Of a stretch of DNA of 64,000 nt, positions 1 through 15,683 are shown one piece after another (the stretch's first letter is position 1; each line of letters starts with the position of its first letter). Made by a program: the position numbers and the translations under genes. A model generated the notes under the pieces. It searched no databases. It saw nothing but the letters and a program-made list of their open reading frames with translations, and had not been told where the DNA came from. Source of the DNA: Macrostomum lignano (Eukaryota); contig NIVC01001641.1 in NCBI GenBank assembly GCA_002269645.1, positions 62,001 to 126,000 of the forward strand, written 5' to 3'.

Positions 1-3247
<3,247 letters not shown>

Positions 3248-3399
3248 TGAGCAGGGGACTTCCCGCACCAGATTTTATTCAACAGTGTGTGTTTAGGAAG
3301 CAGTAGTCAATGCTGAGTTGTAGCATTGAGTGACTATTACTGATTGGAGAGTTGCATCAATGCAATTCAGATTAAGCGATTGATTAAATTTATCCTAAT

Positions 3400-3824
3400 A
3401 ATTCTAACTATTGGGGGTTTTGTTTTATAGACATTTGTCAGATCAATGTGTGTGCTATAGGAAGTCCTCTTGTCCCAACTGTGGCCAATTTGTTTTTTTG
3501 GCTCACTGGGAGAAAGAATTTTTGAATGCATTAAATTTTTTACTTACAAAAATATCAAGTTTACTGTTGATATTGGAAAGCATAAGAAGCTGGCTTTCTT
3601 GGATAATAAAGTTTACCCCAGTGGTGACTTGATTTCTACTAAAGTTTATTGCAAACCAAACTATATTGACCTTGAACAATAATGCTCTTTGTTCAAGGCA
3701 GTGAAAACTTGGTCTGATTAAATGCATGCTTCATTGGACTTTGGATTTTTATCATGAAGTTGAAATGCTCAGTCAAAAAAATTCTTTAATCCCTCTTTAA
3801 TTGTGTAAACTTATGTTAATGCTC
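3400..3824 (+). pseudogene. Decayed Penelope-like retroelement RT fragment
   Basis: Frameshifted pieces QINVCAIGSPLVPTVANL, FLAHWEKEFL, NIKFTVDIGKHKKLAFLD..VYCKP, KLGLIKCML and FYHEVEML. These follow the PLE RT order QxxGxxMGSPLxPxLAN / IKFT..LPFLD / VYRKP. Confidence 0.65.
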
Positions 3825-3851
3825 TATTAACATAAGAGCATTATGTTAATG

Positions 3852-6324
3852 GATTGCGTAGGTCCGAGAGGTCGCTGTTCGTGACGCCACGCGGGAACAA
3901 CAACACCGAGGCACTGGAGGACTTCCTGGAGAGGCAGGACATGGTGTCGGCCAACACCCGCTTCCGCAAGCCACTGAGCGGTCTCGCAACCTTCGTGGGC
4001 TGCAAGCGGAGGCGACGGAACGCGCGTGGCAGGAACGCAACCCGGAGACAAGCACAGCTCGACCACGTGCTCGTGCGTTTCCGTGAGCGTCGTCGCGCCG
4101 TCAACTGCCGAACCATCACGCCGCTGGCTCTGCGGTCCGATCACCGGCTCCTCATCTGCGACCTCAACCTTCGCGATCCGCTCTACCGTCCGCCGAAGCG
4201 GCCACCGCGGCGCTACTACCGCGCGCTCAGAGCCACCGATACGCAGCGTCGCTTTGCTAGCGCCTTTAACACCGCGCTGGGCGACAAGCGTGGAAGTGCC
4301 GAGTATGCGATAGTGTGCGCTGCAGTCAGAACCGCCGCGGAGCAAGCAGTCCCGATGATGCAACCGGCTCAACGTGGGCAGCCGGTCTGGCAGGACGACC
4401 CTGCGATTCAGGCAGCGAGGGAAGATCTGGAGAAGCTCCGCTTGAGCAGGCGACCAACCCGCGAGGCAGAGGCAGCTCTGGCAGCTGTCTACCTGCAGCG
4501 CCAACAAGCGGCTGTCGATGACGCCATTCAGGCTGTCTCTGCCGCTGGGCCCGATGCCAGAGGGCGCGTGGCCTGGTCCGCCATCAACGCTCTGACGGGA
4601 CGAAAGCGGCGCAATCCGCTGAACCTGGCTGGTGACACGCCGGACGAGCGTAGGAACGAGCTGCGCGAGTTCTTCGCCGCCATCGTCAACGCGCCGCCAC
4701 CCCCGCTGCCAGACAGTCTGACGCTGCCGCCGGAGACGCCGCTGCCGGCAGAGGAGAGTTTCAGCGTAGCCCCAGTCAACGCAGCCGACGTTGTCAAGCT
4801 CGCCCAGCAGTCACCGGGCGGGAAAGCGCTGGGTCCGGACGAGGTGCCCATCGAGGCGCTGCGCATCCCCTGTGTGGCCGCTGAGGTCGCCAGAGTGATG
4901 AACCGCGTGCTCTTCAGTGAGGCGGCGCCCAACGAATGGACCACGGCGCACATCGTCGCTGTTCCAAAGAAGCCGGGCACCACTAGGCTTGAAGACCATC
5001 GAGGCATCTGCCTTCAGTCCTGTGCAGCGAAGCTGTTCAACCGGATGCTGCTTTCGCGGTTGCAGCCCGTGCTGGATCCGTACCTGCGCCCAGAGCAGAA
5101 CGGGTTCCGGCCCCATCGCGGCACAGTGGCGCAGATCCTGGCTCTTCGCCGAGTCATCGAGGAGGCGCGGATTCGTCAGTCGATCCTGATTTTAATCTTT
5201 ATTGATTTCAAGAAGGCATTCGACTCGGTTGTCAGAGCCGTGCTTCCAATGGTGCTCCGCGCGTACAACGTGCCTGAGCAGCTGATCTCCGCCATCATGG
5301 CGATGTACCGTGATACGACAGCTGCTGTGACAACACCGGACGGCCTATCGGACTCCTTTGAGACATCCTCCGGAGTGCTTCAGGGAGATACGCTGGCGCC
5401 GTTCCTGTTCGTCCTGGTGCTTGACTGGGTGCTGCGGACTGCTCTTCCTACCGACGACGACGGTTTTCTGCTGCAGCGACGCGTGGGTCGACGTCAACCG
5501 GAGAAGCGGCTCAGCGTGCTTGGCTACGCCGACGACCTCGCCCTGCTGTCCTCGACCGTCGAGGGCGCCCAACGGCAGCTGGACAGGCTGGTTGCCGTTG
5601 CGGCGAGTGTCGGCCTGGTGGTCAACACGCAGAAGACCGTTGTGCTCTGCGTGCCGGACGACATCGAGGCTGCAATATTTTGCCGAGGCGCTGACGGGCA
5701 GGCGACCGAACTCCCGCGATGTCAGCAGTTCGTCTACCTCGGCGGTCTGGTTCCAGACGCTCGCGAGGACCTGCGACGCCGCCGCGGGCTTGCCTGGGCT
5801 GCCTTTCGTTCTGTGAGGGCAGTCCTGCAGTCCGAGGCCCTACCGGACCGCCAGAGGGCGGCGCTGTTCCAGGCGGTAATCGAGACCGTCCTGCTGTACA
5901 ACGCCGAGACCTGGACGCTGACGGACTCACTCGAACAGCAAGTCGATGCGGCGCACGCTGGTCTGCTGCGCGCCGCCTTCAACATCGGCGTCGAGCGAGT
6001 CACCAACGCGGCACTCTATCGCCGCGCTGGCCTGCCACGTCCAAGTGTTCTACTGCGCCGTCGGCGACTCCAGCTCGCAGGCCATCTCATCCGCGCCGAG
6101 TCGTACTGCCCACAGCCGGTGCAGGAGGTGCTGCTGCTCACGCTGCAGGCACCCTACCGGCGAGGTCAAGCGCGAACTCGGCGTTATGTCGACTGTCTGC
6201 TGGCTGACGCCGGCGCCCCGGACACTGCCGGTGGCGCGGCCTTTGTTCGCGCCCAAGCCATGAAGCGCGCCCTGTGACGCTGACTTTTACCATCATGACA
6301 GCGTATTTTGTTGTTGTTGTTGTT
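3852..6324 (+). mobile_element. 5'-truncated RTE-like non-LTR retrotransposon inserted into the Penelope remnant
   Basis: Long uninterrupted APE-RT ORF, short 3' UTR and (TTG)n tail at 6308-6324. Target-site duplication tgttaatgctc at 3814-3824 and 6321-6331. Confidence 0.9.
3854..6277 (+). CDS. LINE ORF: C-terminal part of AP endonuclease plus reverse transcriptase (807 aa, no stops)
   Basis: APE motifs QLDHVL and SDH; RT motifs EQNGFR, IDFKKAFDSV, QGDTLAPFLF, GYADD. No C-terminal zinc knuckle, which is consistent with the RTE group. Confidence 0.92.
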   Translation: MRRSERSLFVTPRGNNNTEALEDFLERQDMVSANTRFRKPLSGLATFVGCKRRRRNARGRNATRRQAQLDHVLVRFRERRRAVNCRTITPLALRSDHRLLICDLNLRDPLYRPPKRPPRRYYRALRATDTQRRFASAFNTALGDKRGSAEYAIVCAAVRTAAEQAVPMMQPAQRGQPVWQDDPAIQAAREDLEKLRLSRRPTREAEAALAAVYLQRQQAAVDDAIQAVSAAGPDARGRVAWSAINALTGRKRRNPLNLAGDTPDERRNELREFFAAIVNAPPPPLPDSLTLPPETPLPAEESFSVAPVNAADVVKLAQQSPGGKALGPDEVPIEALRIPCVAAEVARVMNRVLFSEAAPNEWTTAHIVAVPKKPGTTRLEDHRGICLQSCAAKLFNRMLLSRLQPVLDPYLRPEQNGFRPHRGTVAQILALRRVIEEARIRQSILILIFIDFKKAFDSVVRAVLPMVLRAYNVPEQLISAIMAMYRDTTAAVTTPDGLSDSFETSSGVLQGDTLAPFLFVLVLDWVLRTALPTDDDGFLLQRRVGRRQPEKRLSVLGYADDLALLSSTVEGAQRQLDRLVAVAASVGLVVNTQKTVVLCVPDDIEAAIFCRGADGQATELPRCQQFVYLGGLVPDAREDLRRRRGLAWAAFRSVRAVLQSEALPDRQRAALFQAVIETVLLYNAETWTLTDSLEQQVDAAHAGLLRAAFNIGVERVTNAALYRRAGLPRPSVLLRRRRLQLAGHLIRAESYCPQPVQEVLLLTLQAPYRRGQARTRRYVDCLLADAGAPDTAGGAAFVRAQAMKRAL

Positions 6325-7922
6325 AATGCTCGCATCCAATTAACTTAATATTTCAAATGCGTAAAGAATTTTTATATTCTGTATCTATGGGTTAATAACT
6401 GCATTAAACTATTTAAAGTGTACATGGGTGGGTGCCTTGTGATGTGTATACCACACAATTGTTGGATGTTATTGGAATATGCATTTTATTAGGATAATTA
6501 TAAGCATAACAGTGTCTTATAACTTAAGCATACATATTAGGAAACTTTAGTAACTACTATGCAGTGTGCAAGAGGAACAGTGAAAACTTATTCTAATATG
6601 TTTTACCAATTAGTTTGTCTGCAAAGCAGATCTTTGGTTCTATGCTTCCCTTCTTATTTTGCAACCTTAATATCAAAGTCAATAGTTGAGTCATTTTATT
6701 TGATGATACACTTACAACAGCAACAAGGAGGCCAGACAAATGATACCCTGCAGCTATGGACCAAGCTGGCTTAGACCATGGCCCCCATTGGCAGCAAAGC
6801 TAGCAAGTTATTTCTTGACTAGGCTGCATAGCTATATCATTCTAGCAGTAATAATTGTGGTCTACACTTGCATAGGGTGCCATTTTTTTATTCCCAGTCT
6901 AAGGCAATAGCACATGCCACTAGTAAGGTGATGGACAAGAAGAAAAATGCTGCAGGCAGCTACTCCTTGATTGGTGATATGGTGATACAAATAAGTAGAA
7001 CTAGTAAAGACTATAATACTTGTATATAGTATACAAGTTAGCATATAAGCAACTTTATTCTTAGCATAATTTTTTTATTAATATCAGCATAGAATAAAAA
7101 ACTAGAATTTTCATTCCATTGTATGCCTACCATGGTCTAGACTAGGGTTTGCACTGCAGTGCTGATAAATCCCTCTTCTCTTAACCAGCTTAGTAAATTA
7201 ACTGCACTTATAAACTATATTAACCTTTTTAATCATTGATCAATAAGCCTGCCTAGCATTAGCTTGAGTAATTTGCCAGGCAACTAATGACATAAAAATA
7301 CAAAATTTCTTGATTCCAAATAAGCTCTGAGAAATATCAGTCTATAATACATTAATTATAGTGGTAGTAGCACTATTATAATTATAGTAGGAATCAAAGT
7401 ATATACATATATATTGATTTGTGTTTAGACCAGAATGAACTATGTCAAACTTATAATTACTTGATTATGACTTGAACTACCTTCTCCCTGGAATTGAAGA
7501 CCTGGCAAATAGAATAACCCAATGGAATTAATGAGTTCTACACAAAAAATTAACTTGAATTGTGCAAACTCACATGTAGGAACTAGGTAACAATTCAAAA
7601 GTCTAAACTACCCCAATTTAGAATTTTGTCTCAAACTGCCCCCATCTTAGAGAGACCACTCCCTGCTAGTTTTCTATTAAAAAGGTCACCATTGAAACTA
7701 ATATAGTAATTACTTTATTATTTTAATATTAGAATAGAATCATGTACACATTTTTGAACAAAAAAAGTTCACTTAAAATGACCTATAGGAAGTTATCTAC
7801 ACCCAATGTGCAAGCATTCTTAGCAGTTATGCACTCTTTTATAAAAAATGAATCTCCTAAACCCAATATTTTCAAGCAAATTTGGCACAGTTTAGAAAAT
7901 GTACAAAAATGTACATTGTATA

Positions 7923-8573
7923 CCCATAGTGCGGAAGGATTTCTGTATACGACGGAAGGTAAATTTTCATTTCGGCCTGTTGTACGACAGTACAACAGGG
8001 ATTGGAAAATGGTACTAGTGTTGTACGACAGAGTTTGAGTTTAAGGAAGTGCTGTATGACAAAAATAGTGGCACTTACATATGTGGGTAGGTGCGGGAAA
8101 TTCTTGATATTGCGTTTTTTTAATATGCAAAGTAAAACAACAGATATATTGTACTTTTCTGCTTGCAATGTCAAGTATAGTTTTGCGCCAATAAAATTGA
8201 ATTTAAGAGTTTGTATGAATATAATACTGATAATTTAAATTACCCTTTGAGTAGAAAAGTGCAACTATTGAATTTTTACTTTTTTGCTTCAATGCAATAC
8301 GTTAACAACGACATTATGAGTTAGTTACGAGACTACGAGTATCTGGTACTGGTGTCTGATTGTCCATCAAAGGAATACTAACTATGTCTATACTTCAAAT
8401 ATGAGTTGTATGACATTGACAAGTGTATGATAGACAGACATGTAACATGTTTACATGTACGACAGTGTACGACATAGCGCCCCCCAAAAATTAGTGATGT
8501 ACGACATGTACAACAGGCGATCCCTGTGTACGACGGAGATTTCTGGCGTATACCCGTCCTTCCACACTATGGT
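7923..8573. mobile_element. Non-autonomous TIR DNA element with subterminal gtacgac repeats
   Basis: Termini cccatagtgcggaagga / tccttccacactatggt (15 of 17 complementary), TATA on both flanks, several gtacgac motifs near both ends. Confidence 0.7.
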
Positions 8574-9759
8574 TATACACAATGTTTAACAGTCTGTATC
8601 TTTGTAATCATATGTCTTAAACATGTAAACTATATGTCATTTGAAAGATCTATTTGTCTATTTTTCAATACATAGCCATATCTTACATATCAAAAAGTTA
8701 GAGCCATTTAAAGAAGACCACTTTTCACATTTTTTGTTTTTGCAAATGCTAAAATTAGGCATACTGGATACCCTACCTTAGCAATTACCTTTGTAGGAAT
8801 TGACATCTTGGCAAATTCCCCCATAAGCCTTGACAGTCAAAGTTATCCCCCATGGCCATCCTATGAACCTTGATATATCAATAATCTATCTGGCCTCCAT
8901 GAGCCTTGACATCTTAGCAATGCCCCCATAAGCCTTGAAATCTTAACAAATCCCCCATTAGCCTAGAAATCTTTGCAATCTAATAGGCCTAATTTTTTAA
9001 TTTTTGCTTTAATGTGTAGTTATATTTCCTTTTTCCTTTTACATGTATACACAGGGGCATAATCATTAGGAAAGACAAGGGGAGACATCATCCCTAATAA
9101 AAACTAGAGGCCCAAGGAGTCAAAGACATGCTAATGCTATGATTTTATCACCTAGGCCCAAGTAACCCTACCTTATGAACCATTAATTATGGTAATCAAT
9201 AATTTTGCTTTATAACAACAAAACATAGCATGTGCAGCATACATTCACAACCCCTTAGATTTACACTGGCCATACAACTTACTTTTAGACCAAAAATGTG
9301 AGTTACCTGTGAAATAAACTAGCAAAAATTAATGCAATTTTGGGTAAATGGCAGGAGTAACTATGACTGTCTTATTGAAGATGAATGCCTTGTCATTTAA
9401 GTAGAACTATGTTTATTTTTGGGTGAACATTTTTGCAACTTACACTAGGTCCACCACAATTTACATTATTGGTAGAATGGTAGCCATGGTAGTGTAATAG
9501 GCCGCATTTTATTAGTTTCTAGGAAAATTGTATTTTGAAAACATAACTATTGTTTTACTGTACGAATATGTTGAATATTTTTTATATATTGTATATTTTG
9601 CATATTACGAATATTATAGTTTGTTTTAAACCATTCTAAAATTTTTGCTATAAAAGGAAGCCCACTAGAGGCTAAGAATAATAAAGTCTTTGCTCTGCTT
9701 TGAGCTCGCGCTTGAATATTACAAGCTTAACCAGACAAATTCAGACTGAGTTTAAGAGT

Positions 9760-10260
9760 TGTTCCAGTATTACTCATTTTCTTTAGTAGTAGATACCAGT
9801 ATAGGAATTGCCCCAAGGTTGGGAATACAATCTGTCCTCAGAGGACGAGATAACCAGATCTAGGATCTGAGAAACCCTAGACTTAGGAGTCTAGTAACCC
9901 ACCTATAAAAGGCAGAAATCCTACCACAGGGTAGAGAAATCCAGGCTTAGAGTCTGAGAAACCCGCCTCAGGGCCAAATACCCAGCAAAGTGCGCTGTGA
10001 CCCTCTGATCCCGGCAACGCCCGGACTGAGAGAAACCCTCCTAGAGGAGTAAATTGGGGATACATAGAGTTAGAGGATTAGTGCCAAAAGACCGCTCAGG
10101 CCAGTAAAAGTACATACGCTACCAGTAAAAGTACATACGCTACCAATAAGAGTACATATGCTACCAATAGAAGTACATACGCTACTAGTAAAAAGCAGAT
10201 AATAACCAGCAATATTAACAAGAAGAAATAACCCCTGTAACAACTTTGGTGTCAGCGGTT
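9760..10260 (+). mobile_element. Possible LTR followed by a PBS-like sequence
   Basis: TGTT(9760)...AACA(10242) followed by tggtgtcagcgg, with internal ~21-bp tandem repeats. No second LTR or gag/pol was seen. Confidence 0.3.
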
Positions 10261-10543
10261 GAAATTGTATAGAGAGATGGAGCCCTACGGCAACTTTAGT
10301 GGCAATAGTGGGATATTATTAATAGAGGCAGAAGTAAGCCCTACGTCAGTAGGTTTGATAAAAAAATAATTAGGCCTATATTAATTGATAAAAAATAGTT
10401 ATATTAATAATTTAAAATTAGGCAGTTGTTATTGTTATTTTGTTACTATGTACATATAGGCCTAAATAGCAAAACTATTACTTTTATTGTCATAGGCCTA
10501 ATAAACCCTAATAATATTAGGCTTAGTTAAGTTAGGCCTAGTA

Positions 10544-10883
10544 GGCTTTTCATGAAGATTGGTTCAAGAACCAGATTAATTCCAATTCCAAAACCAGAAT
10601 TGGTAAGAAACTGAAAAGTTTCAAATTTTTCTATTTCTCTCTAATTATTACTTTTCAAGACAAAGTATAAAAACATGGCCTTTGCTTCTAAGGTTGATCA
10701 CTATTCTCTTTAAAAATGTTATTTCAAAATTTGTCCTGTTGTTTCCAAAGAAATTTTCTCCGACCGAATTCCAGAATCGGATCACGTTTCTAGAACCGAT
10801 TCTGAAAACGGAACAGACAATATGAAAAGCGTCGAACGAACCGATTCTTGTTTTGGAATCGGCTGACGGTAATATGAAAAGCC
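10544..10883. mobile_element. MITE, 340 bp
   Basis: 10-bp TIR ggcttttcat / atgaaaagcc, TA on both flanks, internal ccgattc/gaatcgg repeats. Confidence 0.6.
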
Positions 10884-11679
10884 TATTTGAGAGATTTTCT
10901 ACGAAAGAGAAAGTCCTAGTACCCGACTTTGTTTAGTATAACTAAAACAAAAATATTTTTTCCGTAACTAAATGTACACTCGACTTAATGGTATTTTTAC
11001 TTGTGTTTAGGGTTAAAAAATAAGTCAAGGGTTGAAATAAATAACAGTTATTTCCCGCATAGAAAATGGAAGCCATATTCCTAGTTTAAAATCACTTATT
11101 CTTTCATGTTAGCCAGCCAATCAGGAAAGTCGGAAGACGTTCCTAGTTAAAGTAGGAAGACGGAAGAATTGTTTAATTTAATGAGCGTCGCGGAAATTTA
11201 GGACTTATGTCCGAATTTATCTACTGCGGTTAGTAGTGCGCAAAGTTTTTTGCAGTAGTATTAAATGTGGATTTTAATATTTAGAAGCCCTGACGCCAAA
11301 TCTCAGCCGTTTTTTGCCCGCCGTAGCAACGCTAGCTCTAACACTATTAAATTTAACAAAAGTACATAACTCTTATCACGGATACGAGTCTGTTTAATGA
11401 CATAAACGTAGAATTTTTTCTTAATTTTTACACGGTCTCCAATCTCGATTATTTCTTTATTTAATTTTAACCATAGCTAATGCAAGAAAAATGAACAGTG
11501 AGCAGTTGGAGATGCGCGTGGGAAAGAGCGAATGCGTGAATGTATTCACAATATGTCTATAAGTAGAAACAGAAGAAAATAAGAAATAAAAAAGCAGTGT
11601 GTTTTGGGAATCGCATTTATATCCATTTTTTTTTTATGTTATAAGATTTTTTTGCAAATGAATGCAGTTAGCTGACACA

Positions 11680-12780
11680 CTTAGCTTCTAGGGGGCGAGC
11701 AGCTCGTCGAGTAAGTCGCCGCGGACAGCTAGCGTCTTCGCCATTTCAAGCTGTGCTCAAGCATATAGGAGCCGGAGTCGCATGTAAGAGCATCACGACC
11801 TGAAATATGATAATAAACAGCAAATATAAATGTGCCGTTGAAGTTTAACTTTTATAAATGGCGAACCTTTAGTGCGCTTTTATTATTATAAAATTGCAAA
11901 ACCTAAAACTTCAAATTATGATAATCATTTCTTTATATTTGCAAGGAAGTGACAGACATTGTTAATTAAGTTTGAAAAAATCTGGAAAATGCCTTTTTCG
12001 TAGAAAGTGACAAGGCTCCATACCTATTAGTTCGATTAGCTGTAGCAGCTCCTTAGTAACAGGCTTGGTGGCTGCCGTAGCATCGAGCGCAGCATTAGCC
12101 TGAATGGCGATGTCGAGTCACCGTTTGTTTATTGTTACGGCCGGGAGCTCCTCAACCAGATTACATGTACATGCCGCCTCATCGCCGTCCTGTCCAGTCG
12201 CGATGCCATTTTGCTCCTCCATCAACCGACGGTTCAGCCTCAGGCGTGTTTTCTTGTGTAGCCTGTCCAACCGTCCTACCACCGTGACTCTGGGCGCTGC
12301 ACAATTCGATCAACTTATCGAGCTTTTTGTTCATTTGCTCCAGTCGCACGGTTGCCGATTGTCGGCGCCCCTAAAAAGTTAGGGAAATTCATAAAACAAA
12401 ACATAACACAAATACTGTACAGCTAATACCACATTTTCTCATCTATAGTTTTGCAAGCTAGCCACCTACTGTAACAAATAAGTGCCAGCATATGTCCAGC
12501 ATATCATTCTCACCGTCTCTATTCCCATGATTGTGAGGCAGTTCCTGATCAGCGCAAAGGTAGGCAAAGCAGGGCCCATCAGACTCCCGGGTTGTAAACT
12601 GCTCGAAGAGCGTCCAGCTGCGGCTACATGTACTTTCCTCCCGTAGCATAGACGTAGAGGAGCCTCTTCTTTGCTCGCTGCAGTAATGACGCACAAGTCC
12701 TGTTCATTGACGGCTTGCATCGCATTCTGAGCAAAGCGAACTACGAACCATTTGTTTGATTGATGCTCCATGTGCAACCT
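11680..12780 (-). pseudogene. Decayed spliced gene of unknown type (possibly transposon-borne)
   Basis: Three GC-richer islands (~12460-12779, ~12030-12369, ~11680-11799), each preceded on the minus strand by a pyrimidine-rich AG acceptor. All contain stops or frameshifts. Confidence 0.35.
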
Positions 12781-15379
12781 GAAATAACTGCAAGGACAGT
12801 GAAAATAAAATTAGTCATATTTTTCGATGGTACTGCACTATTTTTGTGAAGCACATTTTTTATTAACTTTTGTGTTTCTTCTACCAACTTTGGCAGTTTT
12901 ACAACTTTACAGCTAGTACTTTTTAAACTTTCTACTTATTCCAGACAAATATACCTATATTATTCAAGAATATTTTGCTCTGACGGCTTCTACATGCCCA
13001 ACAGCATATACATTGCTTTTTATCTGACATGATAAAGCTAGAAGTCACTAATCACAATTAAAAAATATTTTATGAAAAATAACAAGGACAAAATACTACT
13101 GAGGATAAAAATCAAATGATGGGAGCTCAAAGTGCAAATGCAAGTTCATGCAAACAGGTTATTTTTGTGATTTAATGATTTAAAGTTATTTATTGATTTA
13201 TAATGTAATTCAATACTGAATTTTAAATGCCTTAAAATGAATTTTCATTGATAAGCAGGATTTTGAGTGACTATAAAACTGTGAACCATTTTAGTTGTTT
13301 ATTTCAAATTGTACAAAAATTATCTCTTTAAAATGAAGCTACCTAAAAGCTGAGATAGTTCTTACATTTAAAAAAACTACATGTTTTAGCTGCTAAAATT
13401 GAGGATAGAAGAACAAAAAGTTATGCTTCTTTATAGAGATTTCTAACTTTATTTTTTAATTAATATTTGATATTATAATATTAAAGTTAATATCTTGCAA
13501 TTAATATTTTGCTAAAATATATATTAGTATAACTGTAAAACATAATTCGTGTTCAATGTGTCTTTTACTTTGAAAGTTTCAAGACAGAATTTAAAAGATA
13601 TATTATATAAAATATCTATTCTTTATAAATAGCAGGACACACAAGACAAGGACTAAACAGTAATTAGTAGTATAGTTGCACACCTATCGCTTAGATCCTT
13701 AATTATTTTGGTTATTAATACCCTTTAAATAGTAGAAATGAACAAAAGAAAGCTAATTTCGAGATTGAGGCAAAAACTGAGAATGCGCACTTCCATGTTG
13801 CTAGCCGCGTCTCAGCCGCATCAAAATTTTAAACTCATGCCCCAGATGCGGCTGTAGTAAAATCTTATAGATTATGGTCTGAAAGTTACGTCCCAAAAGA
13901 TTGCGCGCGATAATTCGATAGTTCATTTATGTACAAGTGAATGCGCACGCTTGTAAAATAAAAATGTATGAGCAGCGCGATAACATTCAAATATATTACT
14001 TCTCAGGCTGCGTTTTATTTATGTGTGTACAGAAGTTCAGCCTAATATTTTAACTTTAAACTTTGAAATTTATTTACAGTTAGCTAAGTTCAACAGTCAT
14101 TTTTTTTAACCTTTTTTGATCCGTACTTTGTTAAAGTGCAATGAATTCAAACGTCAGTTTAACTTGGAAGCGATCTTAACTCTCATTCCTAGATAAACCT
14201 TGAATATTCACAGTTTAACTTGGAATTTAACCAGGAATCGGCTTGAATTTTTTAAGCGGGTTCTTAAAGGAAAAATTAAAAAATTGTTGGTTGTTTTTTT
14301 ATTTTTAGTCTGGTTTATAAAATTGTTCTTACATTAGCAAAAAATTCTTTGAAACATTTCAAATAATACAAAGTTCTGTCTACGCAAAATAAAAGAAATT
14401 TGTTTTACTGCTTACGTGCTGGTACGAAACAAATATTGTTTCAAAGAAACAATTATTTTTGAAAATTACACCTTATCGAGAGACGAAAAAACGTTTGTCA
14501 TTGCTGACCAAAAAAGTTTATGCGGAGTATAATAAGTTAACAACCGATATTGATACTAAAAAGCTTATAGTATTTGTAGAACTACCTAAGTTTTTAACTT
14601 TAAGCAAAGAAGTTAAGCTCTTTTTTGCAGGCACAGACATACAATGCGTTGGTTTGTTTTCTTTGGATTTTTGCTTGTCTGGGTATCACTTTGTGTTTGT
14701 GTAGACAGAAGCAACTTTAAAACATGTGAACAATCTGGGTAAGTTAAATTGTGTTGTAAATAAACAAGTAAATATTTTGTTTAGAAGAGACCAGTAAATA
14801 ATCTTGCCTTAACGGCAGTGTTTATTCCCACGGTACTGTAGGAATAATTTCTGTCTTATTCCAACGGTACCGTGGGAATAATTTTCTGCTTATCCGCACG
14901 GCACAATGACGAGATAGCTGCCATATCTTCTACATATATATGCTGTACGTGAATAGTTTATAGCTTTTTGAAAGGGAATTTGAATGGAGGATACTAAGAA
15001 GCTGTTGATCTACAAGTAGATCAACACCACGACCAGCGTTTTTTGCATAAAAAGGCCATTAAATCTTTACTTCTATTAAACAAATTGTCAAGCAAAGTTA
15101 TGTTGTTATACTGCACTTAAACCGTAAATACTTAACTAAATTATTCCCATGGCATATGTAGAAGATGGGGCAGCTATCTCATTAGTATGCTGTGCCCTGG
15201 ATGGAATTCTTGCAGAAAAATCACAACGCGTTATGCACTTGCAAGAAAAAAATGCGATTTTGCGTCAAAAAATCCGAAAAAAATGCATTGCAGAATTTCA
15301 GACAAAATTGCTAATTCTTAATATATGCAAAAGTGCGCTTGAGATATTGCATTTTGTAAAAGATAATTCTACTAGCTAA

Positions 15380-15674
15380 CATACATGCGCAACAGTCGGC
15401 CGAGTCGGCCAATCCGGCCAACTGATTTGGCAGCCAACCATGGAAGTCGCAAAAATGCCCACCCAAAAAACACCAAGTAGTAGTACTAAGTAGCTGACGA
15501 GGCATTTTTGCCTGATAAGACAGTCATGGTTACTCCCGCCGTTTACCCAAAGTTGCGTTAATTTTGCTTTAGGTTTTTTTACATGTAAGTCGCATTTTTG
15601 GCCAAAAACTACGTCGCATTTTTGTTAAAACTAAGTCGCACGGCCGACCGAATTTTGGACGTTGCGCATGTATG
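15380..15674. mobile_element. hAT-type MITE, 295 bp
   Basis: Perfect 14-bp TIR catacatgcgcaac / gttgcgcatgtatg and perfect 8-bp TSD ctagctaa (15372-15379 and 15675-15682). Confidence 0.85.
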
Positions 15675-15683
15675 CTAGCTAAA

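Noticed and set aside
4026-6335. Many overlapping alternate-frame ORFs on the LINE and on GC-rich exons
   Set aside because: Shadow ORFs expected from high-GC codon usage; no recognisable motifs.
13795-13860. Short ORF MLLAASQPHQNFK as a candidate first exon of GANAB
   Set aside because: No hydrophobic signal peptide, no TC after NFK, in-frame stops follow, and no suitable donor.
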